Source of the DNA: an uncultured bacterium
GTDB taxonomy: Bacteria; Fidelibacterota; Marinisomatia; Marinisomatales; UBA1611
NCBI GenBank assembly: GCA_964561495.1
Contig: CAZLPW010000001.1
Span: 10,773-74,772 of the forward strand
Direction of reading: 5' to 3'
Length of the DNA stretch: 64,000 nucleotides
Shown: one piece after another, positions 19,569-29,326 of the stretch
Layout: each line of letters starts with the position of its first letter
Numbering within the stretch: the stretch's first letter is position 1
Program-made: the position numbers and the translations under genes
Notes under the pieces: generated by a model
Databases searched by the model: none
Told to the model about the DNA's origin: nothing
Seen by the model: only the letters and a program-made list of their open reading frames with translations

Positions 19569-20767
19569 ATTATTTTATATCTGATCGAGTAAAAAAAGTT
19601 CTTCCTTCTTTTACTCTCCAAATGGCAACAAAAGCTGCTGAAATGCGATCTCAGGGAATAGATATAATTAATTTTTCAGTAGGGGAACCCGATTTTAATA
19701 CGCCATCTCATATTATTAATGCAGCAAAAAAAGCAATGGATGATGGTTTTACAAAATATACTGCTGGACCAGGGATGATTGAATTTAGAGAAGCTATATG
19801 TGAAAAATTAAAAAGGGAGAATGCTCTTGATTATAGCCCATCTGAAATTTTGGTATCAAATGGTGAAAAGCATAGTTTGTATAATGCTTGTCAAGCTTTA
19901 ATTAATCCAGGTGATGAAGTAGTTGTTTTTTCACCATATTGGGTATCGTTTCCTGAGTTTGTAAAACTATCAGATGGGGCGCCTATTATAGTAAAAACAA
20001 AATCTGAAAATAATTTTGAGCCTGATTTTAAAGATTTAGAAAATAAATTATCACCTAAAATTAAATGTGTTATTATAAATTCGCCATCTAATCCTACAGG
20101 GGGTGTATGGAGAGCTGAAGCAATATATCGGATTCTTAAAATAGCAAAAAAATTTAATTGGGTAGTAATTTCAGATGAATGCTATGAGCGTTTAGTCTAT
20201 GAAGGAGAATTTTTTAGTGCTGAGAAATTAAATCGAGATGAAAAAATAGGTGCATCTGTGGTTTCTTGTTTTAGTTTGTCTAAAACTTATGCAATGACAG
20301 GCTGGCGTATTGGCTATGCCTCTGGTCCAAAAGATATTATAAAAGCTATGGCAAAAATACAGGGTCAGGCAACTTCTTGTGCAAATTCAATATCCCAGAA
20401 AGCTGGAATTATGGCACTCAGAGGCGACCAAGAATGTGTAAACGAAATGAGGAACAAATTTTTAGAAAGAAGAAATCATATGTTGTCATTACTTAATAAT
20501 CTAAACCATATAATATGTGATATTCCTAAAGGAGCTTTTTATGCCTTTCCCAATTTAAATAAATATATTGGCAAAAAAGTAAATAGAAAAATTATAAAAG
20601 ACACATTTGATATTTCTGATTATATTTTGGAGGTTGCGAATGTGGTTACAGTTCCAGGAGATGGGTTTGGTGCTCCTGGATATATAAGATTATCATATGC
20701 AACTAATAAAAAAAACATCAGTGAAGGCATTAATAGAATTAAGAAAGCCCTTGGAAATATTAAATAG
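19565..20767 (+). CDS. aspartate / aromatic aminotransferase, class I PLP-dependent
   Basis: 400 aa with a TTG start overlapping the upstream stop (TTGA). PLP-lysine motif SLSKTYAMTGWRIGY and NSPSNPTG. Confidence 0.88.
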   Translation: MNYFISDRVKKVLPSFTLQMATKAAEMRSQGIDIINFSVGEPDFNTPSHIINAAKKAMDDGFTKYTAGPGMIEFREAICEKLKRENALDYSPSEILVSNGEKHSLYNACQALINPGDEVVVFSPYWVSFPEFVKLSDGAPIIVKTKSENNFEPDFKDLENKLSPKIKCVIINSPSNPTGGVWRAEAIYRILKIAKKFNWVVISDECYERLVYEGEFFSAEKLNRDEKIGASVVSCFSLSKTYAMTGWRIGYASGPKDIIKAMAKIQGQATSCANSISQKAGIMALRGDQECVNEMRNKFLERRNHMLSLLNNLNHIICDIPKGAFYAFPNLNKYIGKKVNRKIIKDTFDISDYILEVANVVTVPGDGFGAPGYIRLSYATNKKNISEGINRIKKALGNIK

Positions 20768-20776
20768 AGGATAATT

Positions 20777-21025
20777 ATGAAAGAAGGAATACATCCAGAA
20801 AATTATAGACTAGTTGTTTTTAAAGATACTTCGTGTGACTATTCATTTTTAACACGGTCAACAGTTGAAACTAAAGATACAATTAAATGGGATGATGGTA
20901 ACGAATACCCACTATGTAAAATAGAGATATCCGATAAATCGCACCCTTTTTATACTGGTAAACAAAACCTAATTGATACTGCTGGGAGAATAGAAAAATT
21001 CAATAAAAAATATGGTAGAAAATAA
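20777..21025 (+). CDS. rpmE2: 50S ribosomal protein L31, type B (zinc-independent form)
   Basis: 82 aa. [10 protein letters not shown]...HPFYTG pattern without the CxxC zinc motif. Confidence 0.9.
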   Translation: MKEGIHPENYRLVVFKDTSCDYSFLTRSTVETKDTIKWDDGNEYPLCKIEISDKSHPFYTGKQNLIDTAGRIEKFNKKYGRK

Positions 21026-21045
21026 ACTTTAATATTTAATTACCA

Positions 21046-21155
21046 TTTAAAATATCTAAAATTAATTTTCACTTTTTTTAAAAGGATTTTATCCTGTTTA
21101 CTATTTTTCAGAGTAATTTATATAACAAGTTAATTTTTTAAAATATCTAAAATTA
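21046..21155 (+). repeat. 19-bp perfect direct repeat (two copies) in the L31-prfA intergenic region
   Basis: TTTAAAATATCTAAAATTA occurs at 21046-21064 and again at 21137-21155. The second copy ends 5 nt before the prfA ATG. Confidence 0.8.
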
Positions 21156-21160
21156 TTACG

Positions 21161-22192
21161 ATGAAGGATAAATTGATCACAATCATAGATAAGTATAATC
21201 ATTTAACCGAAATGATGACAAAAAAAGAAATCATTTCAGATCAAAAGAAATTGACTTCAATTGCCAAAGAGCATAGGCAATTAAACGAAATTGTAACTAT
21301 AGCAAAAGAATATATATTAATTTACGATCAAATTGAAGAATACGAAGAAATTCTTATTGGAGATGATAAAGACCTTATAGAGATTGCACAAGAAGAGGTT
21401 GTGATTTCAAATAAAAGAATAGAAGAAATTGAAAAATCCTTAAAGATTCTTCTTTTACCTAAAGATCCAAATGATGAAAAAAACTTAATTCTCGAGATTC
21501 GTGCAGGAACAGGAGGTGAAGAGGCAGCATTGTTTGCTGCAGATCTTTATCGTTTATATATAAGGTATTCGGAACGCAAAAGTTGGAATACTAAAGTTCT
21601 AAGTGTTAATGATACTGGTATAGGCGGTTTTAAAGAAGTTATTATATCTATTCAAGGTGAGGGGGCTTTTGGAATGTTAAAGTATGAAAGCGGTGTTCAT
21701 AGAGTTCAGCGTGTACCAAAGACTGAAACTAGTGGTAGAGTTCATACATCGGCAGCTACTGTAGCAGTTTTACCAGAAGCACAAGATGTTGATATTGAAA
21801 TTAGTGAAGCTGATTTAAAGATAGATACCTATCGAGCAAGTGGAGCAGGTGGTCAGCATGTGAATAAAACTGAATCAGCAATTAGGATAACTCATATACC
21901 AACAAACTTGGTGGTAACATGCCAAGATGAATCATCTCAACATAAAAATCGTGCTGCCGCGCTAAAGGTTTTAAAATCTAGGTTATTAGCCCAAGAGCAA
22001 GAAAAGGCAGATGCAGAAAGAGCTGCTCAGAGAAAGAGTTTGGTTTCTACAGGAGATCGTTCGGCTAAAATTCGAACATATAATTTCCCACAAGGAAGGT
22101 TAAATGAAATTTTGGATGGAGATCTTAAAGAAATTATTGAAAAACTCAAAATCACTGAGCAGCAAGAATTGTTATCAGCATCTATGAATTAA
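21161..22192 (+). CDS. prfA: peptide chain release factor 1 (with an unusual 12-residue C-terminal deletion)
   Basis: 343 aa. RF1-type tripeptide region [18 protein letters not shown] motif [14 protein letters not shown] and RTYNFPQGR. The conserved VTDHRxxxTLYx segment that normally follows is absent. Confidence 0.93.
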   Translation: MKDKLITIIDKYNHLTEMMTKKEIISDQKKLTSIAKEHRQLNEIVTIAKEYILIYDQIEEYEEILIGDDKDLIEIAQEEVVISNKRIEEIEKSLKILLLPKDPNDEKNLILEIRAGTGGEEAALFAADLYRLYIRYSERKSWNTKVLSVNDTGIGGFKEVIISIQGEGAFGMLKYESGVHRVQRVPKTETSGRVHTSAATVAVLPEAQDVDIEISEADLKIDTYRASGAGGQHVNKTESAIRITHIPTNLVVTCQDESSQHKNRAAALKVLKSRLLAQEQEKADAERAAQRKSLVSTGDRSAKIRTYNFPQGRLNEILDGDLKEIIEKLKITEQQELLSASMN

Positions 22193-22219
22193 TATATTTA
22201 ATTAATAAGGTAAATATTA

Positions 22220-23092
22220 ATGGACTTATTTGGGGAAGAGAAAAAATGGTCTATAAATCAAATTATTAATTTAGTTAAAAACAATTCTGTGTTTCTTGAA
22301 TCAAATAAAAATCCACAAACAGAAATAGAAATATTTCTTTGTTATATACTTAAGTGTACTAGAGGAGAGCTTTACTTAAATTATCAAAATTTATTAAATA
22401 ATATCCAGTTAGATATTTTAAAAAATTATATAGAAAGACGGAATAAAAATGAACCTATTCAATACATAATACAAAGCTCGAATTTTTATGGTAGGGATTT
22501 TTTTGTTAATCCAGATGTGCTTATACCTCGACAAGAAACTGAAATATTAATTGATATAGCTTTAGAAAAAGCAAAACAATTCGAATCCCCAAAAATTTTA
22601 GATATTGGAACTGGCTCTGGATGTATTTCAATTACATTAGCTTTAGAAATACCTCAATCTAAAGTTTATGGTAGTGACATATCAAAAAAGGCTATAAAAG
22701 TAGCTCAAAAGAACATAGAAAATTTATTTGTAAAAAATTTACAATTAATTAAAGAAGATGTTTTTTTAAAAGTCAGTCAGAATTCATTGGATATTTTAAT
22801 TTCCAACCCACCCTACGTAAAATTGGAAGAGCATATTGTTCTCATGCCTGATGTTTTAGACTTTGAGCCAAAAATAGCTTTGACGGATAACTTAGACGGC
22901 CTTTCTTTTTATAAAAGGATTGCGGAAATAGGGAAATCTCATTTAAATAAAAATGGATGGATTATATTAGAAGTTGGGAGGGGGAAACATCCTCATGATG
23001 CAAAAGGTATTTTTGATAAACATGATTATAAAAATGTAAAACTATTTAAGGATTATAATAAAGATCAAAGGGTATTAGTGGCTCAATATTGA
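22220..23092 (+). CDS. prmC: release factor glutamine N5-methyltransferase (HemK/PrmC)
   Basis: 290 aa with SAM-binding DIGTGSGCI and catalytic NPPY (ISNPPYV), located directly downstream of prfA. Confidence 0.88.
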   Translation: MDLFGEEKKWSINQIINLVKNNSVFLESNKNPQTEIEIFLCYILKCTRGELYLNYQNLLNNIQLDILKNYIERRNKNEPIQYIIQSSNFYGRDFFVNPDVLIPRQETEILIDIALEKAKQFESPKILDIGTGSGCISITLALEIPQSKVYGSDISKKAIKVAQKNIENLFVKNLQLIKEDVFLKVSQNSLDILISNPPYVKLEEHIVLMPDVLDFEPKIALTDNLDGLSFYKRIAEIGKSHLNKNGWIILEVGRGKHPHDAKGIFDKHDYKNVKLFKDYNKDQRVLVAQY

Positions 23093-23937
23093 ATATAAAT
23101 AGAATTATTGCACATATAAAATTATTAAGACCTATTAATGTTTTTACAGCTACTTTAGCTATGATTTTATCAGCTGGTATTATTGATAAATATAATGATT
23201 TAAATACCTTATCAATTATTATTATAGTTGTTATATGTTTTACAGGCGGAGCAAACTCCCTAAATGATATCATTGATTATAAAGCAGATTTAATTAATAG
23301 ACCTACTCGTCCTATTCCATCTGGATATGTTAAAATAGATTCAGCTAAATATATTAGCGCCTTTTTATTTATTGTTGGGAGTGTGTTTTGTTTAAGGCTC
23401 CCCCAATTGTCTGTTTTTATTGGTCTTTTTATATCTATGCCTATTTTATTGTTTTACACTAATTATTTTAAAGGGATTCCTATTTTTGGGAATATTGTAG
23501 TTGCTTTTATTATAGGTCTTTCATTTATATTTTGCGGATCAGCATTCGGTTCAATAGATAAAATGGTGATTCCTTCTTTATTGGCATTTGGGTTGACATT
23601 TCTTCGAGAGTTAGTTAAAGATATTGCGGATATTAAAGGAGATAAAGCTCTAGGGTTAAAAACCTATCCAATAATTTCAGGTAAGAGGAAATCGATTAGA
23701 CTAACAATAGGGATAGCCATTGTTATTGGATTTTTATCTTTTATTCCATTTTACATTAATTACTATAATTTTTGGTACGGAATATTTTTAATTCTTGGAG
23801 TTGAGATTCCCCTAGGAGTCTTAGTAGTTTTTATGGTAAATAATCCAACAATTAATAACATAAAATATTGTGCTCGTCTTTTAAAGTTTAGTACCATAGT
23901 TGGATTAATAGCCATCTACTTTGGAGAAATTCTATGA
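23089..23937 (+). CDS. UbiA-superfamily prenyltransferase (DGGGP synthase / BchG-like subgroup)
   Basis: 282 aa, about 8 TM, with a TTG start overlapping the prmC stop. First Asp-rich motif NSLNDIIDYKADLINRPTRPIPSG and second motif KDIADIKGDK. Confidence 0.8.
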   Translation: MNINRIIAHIKLLRPINVFTATLAMILSAGIIDKYNDLNTLSIIIIVVICFTGGANSLNDIIDYKADLINRPTRPIPSGYVKIDSAKYISAFLFIVGSVFCLRLPQLSVFIGLFISMPILLFYTNYFKGIPIFGNIVVAFIIGLSFIFCGSAFGSIDKMVIPSLLAFGLTFLRELVKDIADIKGDKALGLKTYPIISGKRKSIRLTIGIAIVIGFLSFIPFYINYYNFWYGIFLILGVEIPLGVLVVFMVNNPTINNIKYCARLLKFSTIVGLIAIYFGEIL

Positions 23938-26900
23938 CCTCTGAGTTTGTACATTTACACAATCATTCTGATTATAGTTTATTAGACGGAGCCCAACGTG
24001 TTGACCAATTAATAGATACAATAAGTGATCTTAATATGGATTCAGTTGCATTAACTGAACATGGAAATATGTTTAGTGTAGTTCCCTATTATAAATATGC
24101 AAAAAAGGCTGGAATTAAACCAATTATTGGGTGTGAAATTTATGTTGCTATTGGCAACCGATTTGAAAAGAAATTACAACCACAGGGCGGATGGGGTAAT
24201 AATCACTTAGTTCTTCTTGCGAAAAATTTCAAAGGATATATGAATTTAATGAAGTTGGTAACTGCAGGATATTTAGAAGGTTTTTACTATAGGCCTAGAA
24301 TTGATATGGATATTTTAGAGAAATATAGCGAGGGGTTAATATGTTTATCAGGTTGTTTAAAAGGAATAATCCCAGAAAAGATGCTAAAAGGAGATTATGA
24401 AGGAGCTAAGGAATCAGCTGTAAAATTTTCAGAAATTTTCCCCGACAGATTTTATTTAGAAATACAAAATCATGGTATTCCTGAAGAACAACAAAATATT
24501 ATTAACATGAAAAAACTATCTGATGATTTAAATCTACCGCTTGTTTGTACTAATGATGCACATTATTCAAAAAGAAATCATTCAGACGCACATGATATTC
24601 ATATTTGTTTAGGTACAGGGAAAGAAAGAAGCGATCCTAACCGATTGAGATATGCGACACCTGAATTTTATTTTAAAAGTCAAGATGAGATGTATCATTT
24701 ATTCAAAGATTTTTCAAAAGCTATTGAAAACACAAGGAAAATAGCAGACTCAATTGATTTAGAACTCCCTATGGGCGAATATCATTTACCAAATTTCCCG
24801 ATACCAAAAGATTCATCAATTAATGATCCAAGTAAGTATTTAAAGTTGCTTACTAATGATGGTGCAGTTGATCGGTATCAAGAGATTTCACCTGAAATAC
24901 AAGAACGCATTGATAAAGAATTAGGGGTTATTGAAGAAATGGGATTTGCTGGTTATTTCCTTATTACAGCAGATTTTGTTAAATATGCTAAAGATAATTC
25001 AATTCCAGTGGGCCCTGGAAGAGGGTCAGCTGCAGGAAGCATTGTTTCATATTCTTTAGGGATTACTGATATAGATCCCTTAAAACACAATTTGCTATTT
25101 GAAAGGTTTTTAAACCCGCATAGAGTAAGTATGCCTGATATAGATATAGATTTTTGTATTGAGCGTCGATCAGAAGTAATTGACTATATTAGAGGTCAGT
25201 ACGGAGATAACTCAGTTACACAAATAATTACTTTTGGGAAAATGAAGGCAAAGCAAGTTATAAGAGATGTTGGCAGAGTTATGGGCTATTCTTTTGGCGA
25301 AGTTGATAGAATTGCAAAAGCAATACCAGATGAATTAAACATTACTTTGGATAAAGCAATAAACAAAAGTCCAGATTTCCGAGAAATGGCAGAAGGCGAA
25401 TATAAAGAACTAATCGAGCATTCCAAGGTGTTAGAAGGTATGAATCGTCATGCTTCAACTCATGCTGCTGGAGTTGTAATTGCAGATGGAGATTTGACTG
25501 ATTATGTTCCATTATATAAATCATCTAGTGGAGATATTACAAGCCAATATGATATGAAGGGGTTAGAAGATCTTGGATTATTAAAAATGGATTTTTTAGG
25601 TTTGCGGAACCTCACCGTTATTGATAAAACAAAAAAATTAATTAATAAAAATAATAAAAACTTAGATATCGATAATATTTCATTAAATGATGAAAAAGTA
25701 TACAATTTGTTTTCTAAGGGTTTAACCACTGGAGTATTTCAGTTCGAATCTTCTGGAATGCGTGAATATTTAAAAAAGTTGCAACCAACGGTAATTGAAG
25801 ATTTAATTGCAATGAATGCTTTATATAGGCCTGGTCCAATGCAAAATATTGATAATTTTATTTCAAGAAAACACGGTAAGAAAAATATAATTTATTCACT
25901 CCCTCTACTTGAGCCTATATTAGAGGAAACATATGGAATTATTGTTTACCAAGAACAAGTAATGCAAATAGCAAACGAGGTTGCAGATTTTAGTTTAGCT
26001 GAAGCAGATATTATGCGTCGTGCTATGGGCAAAAAGAAGAAAACCTTAATGGAGGAATTATCTGTTAAGTTTATTTCAGGGGCGCGTAAAAAAGGAATAA
26101 ACAAAAGAAAAAGTGAAGAAATATTTTCAATGATAGAAAAATTTGCTCAATATGGTTTTAATAAGAGTCATTCAACAGCTTACGCATATATTGCATATCA
26201 GACAGCATGGCTAAAAACATACTATCCAGCTGAGTTTATGAGTGCAAATCTCACAAGTGAAATGGGCAATATAGATAGGGTAGTAATTTTATTTAATGAG
26301 TGTAAAAAATTAAATATTGATGTTTCTCCTCCTGATATAAATATTTCTCAACAAGAATTTTATCCTATCAATAGTAATACTATTTCGTATGGATTAAACG
26401 CAATAAAAAATGTTGGATCAAAAGCATTAGAAGCTATAATAACTGAAAGGACTTTGAATGGGAAATATGATTCTATTTTTGATTTATGTAAAAGGGTAGA
26501 TCTTCAAAAAGTAAACAAAAGGGTAATTGAAAGTTTAATAATGGCTGGAGCCTGTGATAGTTTAGAAGGAAACAGAGCACAGCTATTTTCATCTGTAGAT
26601 GAAGCAGTCCAATTTGGACACAAGTCCATTATAAACAATCGTGATCAAGTTAATATTTTTTCTGATAGTAGTCAGGATAATCTTATTAAAATACCAACAC
26701 TATCTGATTTAGAAGATTGGGATGAAAGTAAAGCGTTAACTAAGGAAAAAGAAGTTCTGGGGATGTATATATCAGGTCATCCATTGTTAGAACATTCCGA
26801 TGATATTGAAGAGTTTACTACAATTGATTTTAATGAAAAGCAGAATTTTAGTAAAAAAGAAAAAATTGTAGTTGGTGGTATGATCTCAAAAATTACTAAG

Positions 26901-27362
26901 CGTTATGATAAAAGAAATCGTCCGATGGCTTTTTTCAATATGGATTGTCTTGGTGGGACTACTGAAGTAATAGCATTTAGTGATTGTTTTGATAAATATG
27001 AAAATCAAATTATTGAGAATAATGTGGTTTTTGTAAAAGGTGCGCCAGCTGATAATAGTAATTTCTCTGATTTAAAAATTATTGGCGATCATATTATACC
27101 TGTAGATCAGGTTAGAGATAAGTTGTCTAATCAGCTTAATATAAAACTTTCTTCAGAATATACAGATGCAAAAAAAATTAATTTATTAATGGAATTAGCA
27201 AAAAGTTATACAGGTTCCTGCAGACTTGTTTTCCATCTTGATAAAGGTGAAAATAATAAGTCAGTTCGTGTTCTGGCCCATAATGTTAAAGTTTCAACAT
27301 CTAAAGAATTTATTTCACGTTTACGATTGCAGTACGGAAAAGAAAACATTTGGGTAGAATGA
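23934..27362 (+). CDS. dnaE: DNA polymerase III alpha subunit
   Basis: 1142 aa with an N-terminal PHP domain (FVHLHNHSDYSLLDG), palm/fingers motifs (PDIDIDF, GLLKMDFLGLRNLT, FNKSHSTAYA) and an OB-fold C-terminus. Confidence 0.97.
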   Translation: MTSEFVHLHNHSDYSLLDGAQRVDQLIDTISDLNMDSVALTEHGNMFSVVPYYKYAKKAGIKPIIGCEIYVAIGNRFEKKLQPQGGWGNNHLVLLAKNFKGYMNLMKLVTAGYLEGFYYRPRIDMDILEKYSEGLICLSGCLKGIIPEKMLKGDYEGAKESAVKFSEIFPDRFYLEIQNHGIPEEQQNIINMKKLSDDLNLPLVCTNDAHYSKRNHSDAHDIHICLGTGKERSDPNRLRYATPEFYFKSQDEMYHLFKDFSKAIENTRKIADSIDLELPMGEYHLPNFPIPKDSSINDPSKYLKLLTNDGAVDRYQEISPEIQERIDKELGVIEEMGFAGYFLITADFVKYAKDNSIPVGPGRGSAAGSIVSYSLGITDIDPLKHNLLFERFLNPHRVSMPDIDIDFCIERRSEVIDYIRGQYGDNSVTQIITFGKMKAKQVIRDVGRVMGYSFGEVDRIAKAIPDELNITLDKAINKSPDFREMAEGEYKELIEHSKVLEGMNRHASTHAAGVVIADGDLTDYVPLYKSSSGDITSQYDMKGLEDLGLLKMDFLGLRNLTVIDKTKKLINKNNKNLDIDNISLNDEKVYNLFSKGLTTGVFQFESSGMREYLKKLQPTVIEDLIAMNALYRPGPMQNIDNFISRKHGKKNIIYSLPLLEPILEETYGIIVYQEQVMQIANEVADFSLAEADIMRRAMGKKKKTLMEELSVKFISGARKKGINKRKSEEIFSMIEKFAQYGFNKSHSTAYAYIAYQTAWLKTYYPAEFMSANLTSEMGNIDRVVILFNECKKLNIDVSPPDINISQQEFYPINSNTISYGLNAIKNVGSKALEAIITERTLNGKYDSIFDLCKRVDLQKVNKRVIESLIMAGACDSLEGNRAQLFSSVDEAVQFGHKSIINNRDQVNIFSDSSQDNLIKIPTLSDLEDWDESKALTKEKEVLGMYISGHPLLEHSDDIEEFTTIDFNEKQNFSKKEKIVVGGMISKITKRYDKRNRPMAFFNMDCLGGTTEVIAFSDCFDKYENQIIENNVVFVKGAPADNSNFSDLKIIGDHIIPVDQVRDKLSNQLNIKLSSEYTDAKKINLLMELAKSYTGSCRLVFHLDKGENNKSVRVLAHNVKVSTSKEFISRLRLQYGKENIWVE

Positions 27363-27805
27363 TATTAATTCTTCAAAGATGCTCTGAAGCAAATGTTTCT
27401 GTTTCAAATTCTATAATAGGTTCGATAAATAAGGGTCTTGTCGTTTTTATTGGGGTTGAAAAAGATGATAATGAGAAAACTGTAAATCAATTGGTCAAAA
27501 AGATAATTAACCTAAGAATATTCAATGATGATAATGATAGAATGAATAAATCAATTATAGATATAAAAGGTTCCGTTTTAGCTATAAGCCAATTCACGCT
27601 TTGTGGTGATTTAAGAAAGGGAAGAAGGCCTAGTTTTATTAAATCGGCAGGGCCAAAGCTTGCAAAGTTTTTATATGAATGTTTTATTGATGGGTTAATA
27701 AATCAAGGAGTCCCTGTTGAATCAGGACAGTTTGGTGCCCAAATGTCTATTTTTTTAATTAATGAGGGCCCAGCAACATTTTATTTAAACTCGTCGGAAT
27801 TGTAG
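27359..27805 (+). CDS. dtd: D-aminoacyl-tRNA deacylase
   Basis: I start the track ORF 27350-27805 at the ATG at 27359 (MILILQRCSEANVSV). SQFTL and NEGPATF motifs are present. Confidence 0.9.
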   Translation: MILILQRCSEANVSVSNSIIGSINKGLVVFIGVEKDDNEKTVNQLVKKIINLRIFNDDNDRMNKSIIDIKGSVLAISQFTLCGDLRKGRRPSFIKSAGPKLAKFLYECFIDGLINQGVPVESGQFGAQMSIFLINEGPATFYLNSSEL

Positions 27806-27808
27806 TTT

Positions 27809-28072
27809 TCATCTTCCTCCAATTAATATTATCCATTCCAAAAGAATAAAATAGATTCCGACTACGCCTTTTTCCCATGTTTTGTTTTTGCTTTTCCATA
27901 ACCAAAACGAAAATAAAACGGCATTGAAAATAAATATCCATAAAGATAATAATTTTATACTAAAATTAAATTTGTGATACCATAAAAGAACCGCCAAAAT
28001 AGCGACTCCAGTAAATGCGACCAAAAACTCTTTTATGTAATGCATTATTATGGACTTTTTTTCTTGATCCAT
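27809..28072 (-). CDS. small hypothetical membrane protein
   Basis: 87 aa with 3 predicted TM helices, convergent with dtd (3 nt between stops). I recognise no family. Confidence 0.45.
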   Translation of the reverse strand: MDQEKKSIIMHYIKEFLVAFTGVAILAVLLWYHKFNFSIKLLSLWIFIFNAVLFSFWLWKSKNKTWEKGVVGIYFILLEWIILIGGR

Positions 28073-28188
28073 ATTACTATATCCCTTTTTTATTTAAATA
28101 AAATTTACAATAAGTCTTAATATCATTAAATATGTTAAGCTACTAATAATTATGAAGTGATTATGATGCGTTTTAATTTTTGGGAGTA

Positions 28189-28593
28189 ATGGAAAGAAAA
28201 ATTAGAATTGTTATGGCTAAGCCTGGTCTAGATGGGCATGACCGTGGGATAAAAGTATTAGCGACGGCATATAGAGACGCTGGTATGGAGGTGATTTATC
28301 TTGGACTTCGTCAGACACCTGAAATGATTGTATCTGCCGCGCTTCAAGAAGACGTTGATGTTATTGCCTTATCAAGCTTGAATAATGCTCATAATACTAT
28401 TTTCCCAAAGGTATTAAAGCTTATGGATGAAAACGGATTAAAAAATGTTTTGCTTATTGGCGGAGGTATAATTCCTAAGGATGATATCAATGAATTATAT
28501 AAATTAGGTGTTGGAAAATTATTTGGACCAGGAACACCTGTACAAGAAACAATTAACTTTATAGTAGAATGGGTTAAAAAGAATAGGCGCTAG
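28189..28593 (+). CDS. cobalamin-binding domain protein (methylmalonyl-CoA mutase small subunit / C-terminal domain type)
   Basis: I start the track ORF 28180 at the ATG at 28189, preceded by GGGAG. DxHxxG B12-binding motif ([10 protein letters not shown]) and the pattern [30 protein letters not shown]. Confidence 0.85.
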   Translation: MERKIRIVMAKPGLDGHDRGIKVLATAYRDAGMEVIYLGLRQTPEMIVSAALQEDVDVIALSSLNNAHNTIFPKVLKLMDENGLKNVLLIGGGIIPKDDINELYKLGVGKLFGPGTPVQETINFIVEWVKKNRR

Positions 28594-28594
28594 A

Positions 28595-29323
28595 ATGGAA
28601 CTTGATAATCAGATACAACTTGAGCTTTATTTTGCAGACCATTTTGATACAGTATTATTCTCGGTTCTTGCTGATATTTATTATAATCAAGATGATCTCA
28701 AAAGAGCACGGAGAGTTTGTGAAATAGGATTGCGACATCATAAAAATGATGTTTCTGGGATGTTTGTTTTAGCTCAGGTTGAAAAGGCAGAAGGTAATTT
28801 AAAGGAAACAGAAAAAATTCTTGAGAAAATAATTGTTTATTGTGATGACCATTTAGCAGCAACAGAAATGCTATGTGAGATTTATACGGTTCTTGGTAGA
28901 GCTCAAACAAAACTGCTAAAAAGTTGGAAACGTCTTCTAAAATTAGACCCTATGAATCATACTGCAATTGAATTTGTAAAGAAAGTTGAGGGAGAAAAAA
29001 TTAAATCAGGCTTAAACCAAAAAGGTTCAAATAAAAAAACTAAAAACACAATAAAAGAAAAAAATCGTTCTATAAAAAAGAAACTTCCAAAGAAAGATTC
29101 ATTAAAAACTATTCAACAAATAGATAAAACAATAAACCCCTTAAATGTAAGCGCGAGATTAGCAACCTTTACCCTAGTTGCTGTGCTTAAAAACCAAGGA
29201 TTATTTGAACAGGCATTAGATGTTTTGGATGTGTTAGAAGAAAAAAATGAAAAAAAAGAAAGAATTGAACAAGAAAGGAAAACAATTAAGGTTTTAATAA
29301 AAAAAAGTAAAGAGGTCGAATAA
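28595..29323 (+). CDS. TPR-like repeat protein with a lysine-rich linker
   Basis: 242 aa, starting 1 nt after the upstream stop. The N-terminal half has TPR-like helical repeats (YYNQDDLKRARRVCEIGLRHHKNDVSGMFVLAQVEKAEGNLKE). Confidence 0.55.
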   Translation: MELDNQIQLELYFADHFDTVLFSVLADIYYNQDDLKRARRVCEIGLRHHKNDVSGMFVLAQVEKAEGNLKETEKILEKIIVYCDDHLAATEMLCEIYTVLGRAQTKLLKSWKRLLKLDPMNHTAIEFVKKVEGEKIKSGLNQKGSNKKTKNTIKEKNRSIKKKLPKKDSLKTIQQIDKTINPLNVSARLATFTLVAVLKNQGLFEQALDVLDVLEEKNEKKERIEQERKTIKVLIKKSKEVE

Positions 29324-29326
29324 AAA

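Noticed and set aside
28073-28188. Cobalamin riboswitch upstream of the B12-binding domain gene
   Set aside because: The region is only ~115 nt, is AT-rich and has no B12-box-like sequence. A stand-alone mutase B12 subunit is a known split arrangement, so I did not score it as a finding.
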